Assembly (NCBI GenBank): GCA_037131245.1
Contig: JBAXRK010000003.1
Location: 3,333 to 67,332 of the forward strand
Direction: 5' to 3'
DNA length: 64,000 bases
Source of the DNA: Candidatus Omnitrophota bacterium
GTDB lineage: Bacteria > Omnitrophota > Gorgyraeia > Zapsychrales > Fredricksoniimonadaceae
Position numbers and translations under genes: made by a program. The stretch's first letter is position 1, and every line of letters starts with the position of its first letter. Below, piece by piece: positions 1 through 9,200 of this stretch. The notes below the pieces were generated by a model. The model had not been told where the DNA came from. It did not search any database and saw nothing but the letters and a program-made list of their open reading frames with translations.

Positions 1-1
1 G

Positions 2-910
2 CGCTGGCATCCTTCGTATGACGCGACGGGTGGCGTTAAAGGTTTTGAGGTGGTGCGCTGGTCGATCACGGTGGTGCGCGGTTGTTCGGGTGAGTGTCAT
101 TTTTGCGGGCTGGCCATGCATCAGGGCCGGGTGATCCAGAGCCGTACGCACCATTCCGTATTAAATGAAGTCCGCCGTATCGCCAAAGATCCCGCGTTCA
201 AGGGGACGATCACTGATGTCGGCGGGCCGACGGCGAATCTTTACGCGGCTTCCTGTAAGAATTGGGATAAAGGCGGGCCCTGCCGGGATAAGCATTGTAT
301 TATGCCATCCAAGTGCCCGTCCCTTAAAACAGGGTATGATCAGGCTTTATCGTTATATCGAGATATTCGCAAAGTGCCGGGCGTGAAGCACGTGTTCATC
401 GGCAGCGGGCTTCGTTATGATCTTCTGGTCGAGCCGGAAGCTGAGGAATATTTTAAGGAACTGGTAGAGCATCACGTGAGCGGCCAGATGAAAGTGGCGC
501 CCGAGCATACGGATGACAAGGTGCTGGCGCTGATGAACAAGCCACCGCACGCGACGTATGAGAAGTTTGTGCGGAAGTTCGAGGACATTAATGCCGGCCT
601 GAAAAAGCGCCAGTACCTGGCGAATTATTTCATTACCGCGCATCCGGGGTGCGACCTCAATGAAGCGCATGCTTGCGCGACGACGCTACAGAAGCGCGGC
701 ATGCACCCGGAGCAGGTGCAGGATTTTATTCCTTTGCCGATGACGACGTCAGGTTGCATGTATCATACCGGCATGCATCCTTTCACTGGTGAAAAAGTCT
801 ACGTTCCTAAGGGACTGCCGGAGCGGGAAATGCAGCGGGCGCTATTGCAGCCGCAGAACGCGCGCAGCGGCCCGTTCATTGCTAAAGCAAAACGGATCCT
901 TGGAAAGTAG
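2..910 (+). CDS. YgiQ-family radical SAM protein, C-terminal ~300 aa (N-terminus lies upstream of the window)
   Basis: The frame stays open from nt 2 (RWHPSYDATGGVKGFEV precedes the tracked start at 50). CxxxCxxC cluster motif in VVRGCSGECHFCG. HQGRVIQSR, DVGGPTANLY and HVSGQMKVAPEH blocks fit my memory of the YgiQ/UPF0313 family. Not searched. Confidence 0.8.
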   Translation, partial: RWHPSYDATGGVKGFEVVRWSITVVRGCSGECHFCGLAMHQGRVIQSRTHHSVLNEVRRIAKDPAFKGTITDVGGPTANLYAASCKNWDKGGPCRDKHCIMPSKCPSLKTGYDQALSLYRDIRKVPGVKHVFIGSGLRYDLLVEPEAEEYFKELVEHHVSGQMKVAPEHTDDKVLALMNKPPHATYEKFVRKFEDINAGLKKRQYLANYFITAHPGCDLNEAHACATTLQKRGMHPEQVQDFIPLPMTTSGCMYHTGMHPFTGEKVYVPKGLPEREMQRALLQPQNARSGPFIAKAKRILGK

Positions 911-916
911 GGGCTT

Positions 917-2101
917 ATGATCGGTAACCCTATTGCTATCGTTATTGTCCTGATGATGATCGAAGCCGCGGTGCTCATTGCCGCGCGGCAGAAACGCTTT
1001 GCGCCGCTTTTCGATATCCTTCCGTCAGTCTTTTTTATTTATTTCCTGCCGATGCTGGCCTCGACCTTCGGCCTGATCGACCCCAAAGCGCCGGTGTTGG
1101 GAAAGATCACGGCCAATATCCTGCCGATGTCATTATTCCTGCTTTTGGTAACGGTCGATGTGCGCGCGATATTCCGCTTAGGCGGCAAAGCCCTGGGCAT
1201 GTTCTTTATCGGCAGTGCCGGGGTGATCGTTGGCGCGGCGCTGGCTTATGTGTTGGTCAAACAATGGGTGGGCGCGGCTTTCTGGGCGGGGTTCGGGGCG
1301 CTTGCCGCGTCTTGGACGGGGGGCAGCGCCAACATGATCGCGGTCAAGGAAGCGATGTCGGTCCCGGACGCGGTCTTTCTACCGATGGTGGTGGTGGATA
1401 CGATCGTGCCGTATGTTTGGATGGGACTTTTGATCGCCGCGGTCAAATGGCAGCCGGCTTTTGACCGCTGGAATCGTGCCGATCGGGGGGTGCTCGATGA
1501 ACTTAAAGCCCGGACGTCCGCGGTCAAGGCGGCATTTGCGACATTGACGTTACCGGGTCTTATCCTTTTGATCGTGTGCGCGCTGACAGCCGGTTTTGCC
1601 TCGCAATACGCGGCGGCCCGCATGCCGCAGGTCAAAGATATTCTCAGCCCCCCTTCCGGGGCCGGGGCTTATGCCTGGACGATCATTATTGTCAGTTTTA
1701 TCGGGCTGGGTTTATCCTTTACGCCTGTTCGACGGCTGGAGAAAGCCGGCGCGACGAAAGTCGGGTATTGGCTTTTGTATTTTGTGCTGACCGCGATCGG
1801 CGCCAAAGCGTCATTGTCAAACCTCGGCGCGTCAGCTATTTTGATCGGCGGTGGTTTCCTGATCATCGCGGTCCATTTGATCTTCTTGCTGGTTGGCGCT
1901 AGAATTTTACGCGCGCCCCTTTTTTTGGTCGCAGCGGCCAGCCAAGCGAACATCGGGGGCGTGGCGTCCGCCCCGGTGGTGGCGGCAGTTTATGAACCGG
2001 GGTTGGCGTCCGTTGGTTTGCTTTTGGCTATCACGGGGAATATTGTGGGAACTTATCTGGGGATCTTATGCGCGCAATTTTGTCGCTTGTTTTCTGCCTG
2101 A
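917..2101 (+). CDS. polytopic membrane protein, DUF819-like
   Basis: 394-aa ORF starting 6 nt after the upstream stop, with about ten hydrophobic helices. WTGGSANMIAVKEA and AASQANIGGVASAPVVA blocks resemble DUF819 (family call from memory). Confidence 0.5.
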   Translation: MIGNPIAIVIVLMMIEAAVLIAARQKRFAPLFDILPSVFFIYFLPMLASTFGLIDPKAPVLGKITANILPMSLFLLLVTVDVRAIFRLGGKALGMFFIGSAGVIVGAALAYVLVKQWVGAAFWAGFGALAASWTGGSANMIAVKEAMSVPDAVFLPMVVVDTIVPYVWMGLLIAAVKWQPAFDRWNRADRGVLDELKARTSAVKAAFATLTLPGLILLIVCALTAGFASQYAAARMPQVKDILSPPSGAGAYAWTIIIVSFIGLGLSFTPVRRLEKAGATKVGYWLLYFVLTAIGAKASLSNLGASAILIGGGFLIIAVHLIFLLVGARILRAPLFLVAAASQANIGGVASAPVVAAVYEPGLASVGLLLAITGNIVGTYLGILCAQFCRLFSA

Positions 2102-3411
2102 TCGTCAGCGCCGCTCTTGCTGATGAGGTAAAGATCAATATCAGCGCGCCAAGCGTTTTGCCTGGCGTTACGCCCGAGATGCGTTCACCCGGATTCTGGG
2201 TCGCGCGTCATCCCTCGCCGGATGAACCGGTCCTTGATCCGAAGGGCGTTCTGGCCCTCAACCGTCGCTCAAAAGCCATGAACCTGATCGAAGACCTCAC
2301 CCGTGTGCCGGCTGTATTGCCAGGGACCTTGGTGCGCGCCCAGCTTTCCGAGATCATTGATGGGTTAAAGAAGCGGGTTTTGTTTGCCGCTGATGGAAAA
2401 GCAGCCAGCGCGGATTTTGTTCCCGGCTTCGACCGTGAAGTCGACTCTATTCCCGAAAAAGTCGACGTGCTTTTTGGGTTTATCGTTAAGCCAACAGCTT
2501 TGCGCCTTCTGCCGACGGCTACGCCTTTGTACGCGGAGGCGGGGGATGTGGACTTTGACGAGTTGCAAAATAGCGGCCTTGAGACCGCGACCCCGGTCAT
2601 TGTGCTGGCCCATAGCCGCGACCGGCAGTGGCTTTTTGTGCGCGACGCGATCAGCTCCGGCTGGGTGCCGGTCGCAAGCGTTGCCCGGGCGCCGCATGAA
2701 ACGTTTGTTAAGCATACACTACTGGCGCGAACGTTGATCGTCACGGCCGCGCGGGCTGACCTTTTTCTTGATAAGGGCATGACCGAATACCTGACGACTG
2801 CCCGGATGGGGACGCCGTTCACCTATAAAAGTGTTTCCAACGGCTTCTGGGAGGTCGAGGTCCCGGCGGCCGATCCGCAGGGCGAAGTCAAATTCATTCC
2901 GGCTTATATATCGAAGAAAGACGCCTCAGCGGGCCCGTTACTTTATACGCCGCGCGTGATCTACGAGCAGGCCTTTAAGTTGCTGGATTCACCCTATGGT
3001 TGGGGCGATATGAACGGCGGGCAGGATTGTTCGCGTTTTATCCAGATGGTTTTTGCGACCGTTGGCATTCAACTGCCGCGGAACTCGGAGCAGCAAGCCA
3101 AGGTTGGCGCTCTTCTTCCGGGATTCAATGATAAGCTGTCGACCGCTGAGAAGGCCGTGATCATTGGACAAAAGGGACTGGGGGCCGCGACGGTCCTGCG
3201 GCTTCAGGGGCATATTGTTTTGTATCTGGGCAGTTATAACGACAAGCCCTACGCGATCCATGCCACCTGGGCCTTCCGTGAGACGATGCCGGACGGCAGC
3301 CAGCGCGCGCGAGTCATCGGGCGCGTGGCGGTGACATCCCTTGACCTTGGCGCCGGTTCGGCCAAAGGCTCGCTTCTTGAACGCGTTGTTTCCGCGAGGG
3401 TCTTGAAATGA
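2068..3411 (+). CDS. exported NlpC/P60 (C40) peptidase-like protein with long N-terminal region
   Basis: Signal-peptide-like start MRAILSLVFCLIVSAALA. C-terminal catalytic-type block YGWGDMNGGQDCSRFIQMVF ... GHIVLYLG ... YAIHATW (Cys/His of the NlpC/P60 fold). The 5' end overlaps the upstream gene by 34 nt. Confidence 0.7.
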   Translation: MRAILSLVFCLIVSAALADEVKINISAPSVLPGVTPEMRSPGFWVARHPSPDEPVLDPKGVLALNRRSKAMNLIEDLTRVPAVLPGTLVRAQLSEIIDGLKKRVLFAADGKAASADFVPGFDREVDSIPEKVDVLFGFIVKPTALRLLPTATPLYAEAGDVDFDELQNSGLETATPVIVLAHSRDRQWLFVRDAISSGWVPVASVARAPHETFVKHTLLARTLIVTAARADLFLDKGMTEYLTTARMGTPFTYKSVSNGFWEVEVPAADPQGEVKFIPAYISKKDASAGPLLYTPRVIYEQAFKLLDSPYGWGDMNGGQDCSRFIQMVFATVGIQLPRNSEQQAKVGALLPGFNDKLSTAEKAVIIGQKGLGAATVLRLQGHIVLYLGSYNDKPYAIHATWAFRETMPDGSQRARVIGRVAVTSLDLGAGSAKGSLLERVVSARVLK

Positions 3412-4130
3412 AAACAATCCTGATCTCATTCTTGGCCTTGGCTGCAGTTCTGTCATTGGCTCAGCGAGCCGGAGCTGAAGGCCTGGCGCTGGAGGTGAAG
3501 CCGGAAGTCTCGGCAGTGACAGCGAGCGTGGTGAACCACAGCAGTCAGGTCCAGACGATAACGGTCATGGGTTGTTCCTGGTGGGATAACTGGCAGTTTG
3601 ATGATCCGCGGATCTCCAAGAACCTTGGCGCCGTGGGGTGTTTTAAGAATGTCCCGGTGGATCATCTGTTGAAGCCGGGCGAACGGTATACCCACAGCAT
3701 CCCTTTGAGCATCGATACGAGAACCGGCGGTGGGAAAAACGTTTTGTTTCGGGTCGGATTCAGGTCAAGTGAGCCAGCCGATCAGCTTTTTTGCGGGGAT
3801 ATGATCAATGGCAAGGGGGATAAGGTCCATATTCCTTGCCCTCCGAAAAAAGAAATTCCCGTCATATGGAGTCAACAGATCGGCACGCATGACCTTTTAC
3901 CGGGGGCCAGATGGGAGCTGTGGCTGTCCGCGGTCATGATCGGGGTGGCGGTTTTTATCTGCATTCAGACTGTTTTCAAGTTGATCGGCTTCTTGATGTT
4001 CGCGGGCATGGCCCTGATCCTGCTGCATTTGTTGCGTCACGCTTTCCCATTGCCATTTCCAGTCATGGTCGTTTTGTCGGTCCTGGATTTTATTTTTTCC
4101 AGGTTACTGGCTGTGTTCGGGTGGCATTGA
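3408..4130 (+). CDS. hypothetical exported protein with C-terminal membrane helices
   Basis: The start overlaps the upstream stop (ATGA). Signal-like MKTILISFLALAAVLSLAQRAGA. The C-terminal ~70 aa form 2-3 hydrophobic helices. No recognisable family. Confidence 0.5.
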   Translation: MKTILISFLALAAVLSLAQRAGAEGLALEVKPEVSAVTASVVNHSSQVQTITVMGCSWWDNWQFDDPRISKNLGAVGCFKNVPVDHLLKPGERYTHSIPLSIDTRTGGGKNVLFRVGFRSSEPADQLFCGDMINGKGDKVHIPCPPKKEIPVIWSQQIGTHDLLPGARWELWLSAVMIGVAVFICIQTVFKLIGFLMFAGMALILLHLLRHAFPLPFPVMVVLSVLDFIFSRLLAVFGWH

Positions 4131-4151
4131 ACGGGTCGAAATAATATATTT

Positions 4152-4181
4152 TTGGCAAAACGCGAAAAGTCGTGGTATACT
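4152..4181 (+). promoter_or_regulatory. sigma70-like promoter candidate (TTGGCA-N18-TATACT) upstream of the DEAD-box helicase
   Basis: TTGGCA at 4152-4157, an 18-nt spacer ending in TGG (extended -10-like), TATACT at 4176-4181. Lies in an AT-rich non-coding gap. Would give a ~255-nt leader. Confidence 0.3.
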
Positions 4182-4443
4182 TCACCCGTTAAATCAAATG
4201 TCCTACCCGCATTATCCTGCCAATTGAGTGCCGGTTTTGCTTTTAGGGTCGGCATTCAGCACAAAAACATCATTGTAATAGACATAAACGCCGGATTTGT
4301 TATGTCCCGTTATTGTCATGTTGTCCCGCAGCCTCGGCTCGCTGTAAGCTCGCCAGATGGCTTTGGGATGAAAAGGCAAGAATCCTTGCCATTTCACCGG
4401 CTTGTTTAAGTGCGTTTAACAACAACAGAAAGAAGAAAGCATT

Positions 4444-5697
4444 ATGAGTGAAAATCAAGAATTAAGTTTTTACGGGCTCGGCATTGCGCCGAAAGTGCTG
4501 GAGATCTTGGAGCGGATGAAGTTCAAGACGCCCACGCCTATTCAGCACAAGGCGATCCCCAGCGCTATCGAGGGTAAAGACGTCATGGGCGTCGCCCAGA
4601 CCGGGACCGGCAAAACGCTCGCGTTCGCCATTCCGATGGTGCAGCGCCTGGCGGCGGGAAAAGGCATCGGCCTTATCCTTGTTCCGACCCGCGAATTGGC
4701 TTACCAGGTGGAAGAGACCATTCGCAAAGTGGCTCCGGCTTTTGGTATTCAGTCGGTGGTCCTTATCGGCGGTGCGTCGATGGAAGAGCAGATCCGCGCT
4801 TTACACCGTCATCCGCGCGTGATCGTGGCGACTCCCGGCCGTTTGATCGACCATGTGACCGAGCGCCATACCCTCAAGCTCGATAATGTGAGCGTCCTTG
4901 TTCTCGACGAGGCTGATCGCATGTTCGACATGGGGTTTGCGCCGCAGATCGAACAGATCCTGCGTTTCGTCCCCAAGGATCGCCAGACCATGCTTTTCTC
5001 GGCCACCATGCCGCGCGAGATCATGGCCTTGACATCCCGTCATATGAAGCTGCCTATTCATATTGAAGTCGCCCGTTCAGGAACGGTCGCCACCAATGTG
5101 ACCCAGGAGCTTTACATCATCAATCGTGAACAAAAGAACCTTCTGCTGCAGAAGTTGCTGACTTCCTGCCGCGGGTCGGTCCTGGTGTTCAGCCGCACCA
5201 AGCATGGCGCGCGCAAGATCACGATGGACCTTAAGAAGATGAATATCAACGCGGCGGAGATCCATTCGGACCGTTCGCTCGCCCAGCGCAAGCAGGCCCT
5301 TGAGGGTTTCAAGGTTGGCCGTTATCGCGTGCTGGTGGCGACCGATATCGCCGCCCGCGGTATTGACGTCAAGAATATCGAGCTGGTCGTTAATTATGAC
5401 CTTCCCGATGATGCCGATAATTATGTGCACCGCATTGGCCGTACGGCACGCGCGGGGATGGAAGGCCGGGCGATCTCTTTTGCGACGCCTGACCAGTTCG
5501 AAGAGGTGCGGAATATCCAGAAGCTCGTGCAGATTGATATCCCGGTTGCCACGCATCCTGAGGTGCAGTCGCAGGAATTCTGGCTGAAACCGCCGTCAGT
5601 CCATGCTCCGTCAGCTTCAGCCGGCGGTGCCAGGAAATTCGGTGGTCGTAGTTTTCGTCCGCGGGCGGGTGCCGGCGGCAGGTTCAGACGCCGTTAA
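4444..5697 (+). CDS. DEAD-box ATP-dependent RNA helicase (RhlE-like) with Arg/Gly-rich C-terminal tail
   Basis: Q-motif region GLGIAPKVLEIL..FKTPTPIQ, motif I AQTGTGKT, motif II VLDEADRM, SAT, HRIGRTARAG. Tail is GGARKFGGRSFRPRAGAGGRFRRR. Confidence 0.95.
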   Translation: MSENQELSFYGLGIAPKVLEILERMKFKTPTPIQHKAIPSAIEGKDVMGVAQTGTGKTLAFAIPMVQRLAAGKGIGLILVPTRELAYQVEETIRKVAPAFGIQSVVLIGGASMEEQIRALHRHPRVIVATPGRLIDHVTERHTLKLDNVSVLVLDEADRMFDMGFAPQIEQILRFVPKDRQTMLFSATMPREIMALTSRHMKLPIHIEVARSGTVATNVTQELYIINREQKNLLLQKLLTSCRGSVLVFSRTKHGARKITMDLKKMNINAAEIHSDRSLAQRKQALEGFKVGRYRVLVATDIAARGIDVKNIELVVNYDLPDDADNYVHRIGRTARAGMEGRAISFATPDQFEEVRNIQKLVQIDIPVATHPEVQSQEFWLKPPSVHAPSASAGGARKFGGRSFRPRAGAGGRFRRR

Positions 5698-5720
5698 TTG
5701 ACCTAACCAATGAGGCTATT

Positions 5721-6116
5721 ATGAGAAAGATCTTGTCGTTGTTGATGGCGGGCGCGTTCATGCTTTCTGTTGCGGGTGCCGCGATGGCCCAGGATGCTAC
5801 GGGTTATGTAGCGAGCAAGGGTGGCGAGAAGTACCATGTTGTCACGTGTTCTGTTGCCAAGAAGATCGCGGCTGATAAGCTGGTCAAATTCGCAACGCCT
5901 GAAGATGTCGTTAAGGCTGGGTATACGCCTTGCAAGACGTGTAATCCGCCGACTTCCGCGGATGCCTTGGTCGCAACCAAAGCCGGTGGCAAGTATCATA
6001 AGCAGTCCTGCCGGATGGTTGGCAATATGGATACAGCCAACAAGGTTTACTATAAGGATGCCGCGGCGGCCGAGAAGGATGGCTACAAACCGTGTGGTAT
6101 TTGTTATAAGAAATAA
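5721..6116 (+). CDS. small secreted protein with two tandem Cys-containing (G)(E/G)KYH..C...GY(T/K)PC..C domains
   Basis: Signal peptide MRKILSLLMAGAFMLSVAGAAMA. Two ~45-aa repeats: GEKYHVVTCSVAKK...AGYTPCKTCNP and GGKYHKQSCRMVGN...DGYKPCGICYKK. They resemble the short Ada-like/'sunset'-type metal-binding motif (from memory). Confidence 0.6.
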   Translation: MRKILSLLMAGAFMLSVAGAAMAQDATGYVASKGGEKYHVVTCSVAKKIAADKLVKFATPEDVVKAGYTPCKTCNPPTSADALVATKAGGKYHKQSCRMVGNMDTANKVYYKDAAAAEKDGYKPCGICYKK

Positions 6117-6140
6117 CGTTTAATGACCGTTAGTTGAAAA

Positions 6141-6167
6141 GGCCCGGAAATCTTCCGGGCCTTTTTT
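6141..6167 (+). terminator. rho-independent terminator
   Basis: Perfect 9-bp stem GGCCCGGAA / TTCCGGGCC (6141-6149 / 6153-6161), 3-nt loop, then TTTTTT (6162-6167), 25 nt after the stop at 6116. Confidence 0.85.
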
Positions 6168-6253
6168 ATGGCTCCGCAAGGGCGATGGACTTGCTTTCTT
6201 CAATTATATAGTAAATACTTACTATAATCTGTCTCGGTAAGGGCAGGCCATCC

Positions 6254-9200
6254 ATGATGCTAAAGAAAAAACGATCCAGTCTTTTTATCGCGTGGCTCTT
6301 ATCGGCTGTCATTTTCATACAGTCCACCGGCGCCGCTGTGCCTTTGGCCCCCGTTAGTTTACCCCCCTCTTTGCCTGCCTACCAGCCGGCACTTCTTCAG
6401 GGCATTATGGTTGATCCCACTGATCTGTCGAAGATGGATTTCCTGGTCGATCCCGGGCAGGCTCCCGGGGCTGGCGCGATGGCGTTAGTGAAATATTTTC
6501 TGGCGGGCCTCACGGTCCCGGCGAGAGACCTGTGGGTCAATCTCTCGCCGTATGAAAAGGAACGTATTATTCCTGATGGCATGGGCAATACGGAAGTAGG
6601 GCGGGTGTTCCTTGAGCAGGACTATCTTTTAAAACAGATGAGCGCGGGGTTACTTGACCCGACAAAGGGTACCGGACGGCATTTCTGGGATGAAGTTTAT
6701 CGTCTTAGTGCCGATAAGTTCGGGACGACGGATATTCCGATGGAAGCCCTTAGCCGTGTGTGGGTTGTTCCGGAGCAACCGGTGGTTTATGAAAAGAAGC
6801 TGGCTGCGCCGTTATCGGCGATCGAAGGAAAAAGGTTAGCGGGCGGCCAGGTGGTGGGATTTATTGTTAAGGCCAGGTTGAAGGTGCTGACACAAGAGGA
6901 TTACGCGCTGTCGGCTGACCAGCGCCCGGCAGGAGCCGCTGCGCGACAGGAACAGCAGCAACTTAGTACTCAAGTGATGCGCGAGGTTATTATTCCTGTA
7001 CTGGAACGCGAGGTGAATGAGGGGGTTTCGTTTGCGCCGCTACGTCAGGTATATCATTCGCTTATTTTATCAGGATGGCTTAAACAGCGGTTGCATGCCG
7101 GCGTTCTTGATCGTTATGTTGATAAGAATAAAACAGCTGGGATTTCTCATGGAGAGGCTGGCTTGAAAGATAAAGTGTATGCCCGTTATGTAGCGGCATT
7201 CCGGCAGGGAGAAGTGAACACGATCCGGGAGGACATGGACGCGCTCACGGGAGAGCTGATCCCGCGCAAGTATTTTTCGGGAGGCTTTTCGTTTGACGCG
7301 GCGCAGGCTCCGGTAGTTATCGAGGCGATGCCACCCACACAGCTGCCGGGGGCTTTTAATGTTTTCCGTGTGAAAATGTCGGTTATCGGGGCGCAGCCGG
7401 CTTTGCTCCAGGAAGAGGATCTGCCTGGTGGTGCGCGATTACTGTCGCGCGTTCAGGCGCCTGTCGCAACAGAATTTCCTCAAGGAATGCAGGTGGCGGC
7501 GCTTCCGGACGGGTCAGGTCGTTTGGCAGTGGCGGTGTTAAAAGACCGGCGTTGGGGTAGTGATCATACGAGTTTGACGCAGCTTGAGGAAGCTTTTCGG
7601 TTCCCAGTCTGGGAGCATATCCGTGCCACGGCGGCCTTATATCAGAAGCGAGGGGAGGTCCTGACCGTGCTCGATTGGGGGACCGGGGACGGGACGGCGT
7701 TGGTTGAGATGGCTCGTCGCGCCAAAGCTGAAGGGATCGCCAATATACGGTTCTTCGGGTTTGGAGATATTTATTACCCATCCTGGCGGGAAGCGCCTTC
7801 CGGGGTGACATTCATTTGGGATACGGCTGCCGGTTTGCGCGAATATATTCAACCTGGCCAGGTGGGCTTTTTGTTCAGCCATTTGGGCTTGACCCATTTG
7901 CCGCTACCGGCCTATGAGGCGTACATGCCCGAGTTGAACAAGCTTTTAGGGGTTGATGGGCTGATGTTGCAACGCAATGTTGAAGGGGCAACGGCCGGAC
8001 AACGAAGGAAGATCCTTGAAACATTGGGTTTTGTTGTGAGTAATCCTGATGGTGATCCCGCCAGGATCGTGGCATCGCGTCCGGGGATCGACAGCACGCC
8101 GCTCACTGTTTGGCAGAAGCCAGACGGACGGTATAGCCTAAGGCGTGACGGGCAAGAATATGTGTTGAAGTCGAGGATCAGAGGCAATGACTGGCAAGCC
8201 TGGGAATACGATCCGCAGCGTGAGCTCTTAATGGCACGGGTTTTGCTTCCCAATGAGCCGGGAATGGGCCGTTTTCATCTGGCCTTTGATGCCCGCAACG
8301 GGCGGCTTTTGTACGAGCTTAATAATCGCACATTATTTTTTCGATCGTCGGAATACTGGGCTGCTTCTTTGGAGCGGTATTTATCGTTTTTGCTGGTTGA
8401 TAAGCTCCGCCAGGGTGACCGGCATTTATCGGCGGTTTCTTTCGGGGCGGCAAGTGGCGCGGAGGCCTGGACGATGGCCGCTATGATCGAGCAGGCGCTA
8501 AGAAATGCCCATGAAGATCCGGCTCTCTGGGACGTGCGCATTCATGCGCTGGACCTGGTACCCCAGGCTTTGCAATATGAGTTCTCGAGCAGGGAGGTCG
8601 AGCGTGCGTTCAAGGCTGTTAAGTATGACGCCGGCCGTATTTTTGATCTGAGCCTTGAGGCTGGGGTGGCCAGGGTGAAGGAGCCCTTCCGCTCGTGGTT
8701 GCGGCCGCAACGCATGGATTTTAATGATGAGAATATTGTTAGTACATTGGCTTCACTGAAAGCTAATGTTTTTATCGCTAATCATGTCCTTGAGCATCTT
8801 GACCGTCGGGCGAAAGAACGGCTGGAGCCTTTCTTTCAGGCCCAGGGAGGGATGGACCCTTACTATCCGGCGTTCATGCTTTATACGACGGCACAACAGG
8901 GAGAGCTTTTTCGTGTGCGAAATGGTTATGACGCTTCGATGTCGACGCAGGAACAATATGACGGGGTTTACCGGCAATTCGCGGCCGAGTCCGCTTTCAA
9001 TCAAGAGAGGATTGCCGATGAGAAGTTGTTGCCTTCCGTGGCGGCTTATATAGCGGTCGCCGGATTGGACCCGCAGGTAGCGCAAGCTTTGCATTTTGAG
9101 GCTTTGTTCCGCAAGGGTGCTATCGCCGAGAAAGATCCATTTATTAAAGAGGCGCTCGAACGGTCGGCGTCATTGATATTGTGGCACGCCGCCCGCCCGG

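Noticed and set aside
4152-4157. TTGGCA elements (also 52846-52851) as sigma-54 -24 boxes
   Set aside because: No TTGC(A/T) -12 element follows at the required 4-5-nt spacing. The downstream TATACT at 18 nt fits a sigma-70-type layout better.
4152-4409. Short ORFs (61-85 aa) on both strands in the gap upstream of the helicase gene
   Set aside because: They overlap each other, lack SDs and have implausible composition. The region is better treated as a non-coding leader.
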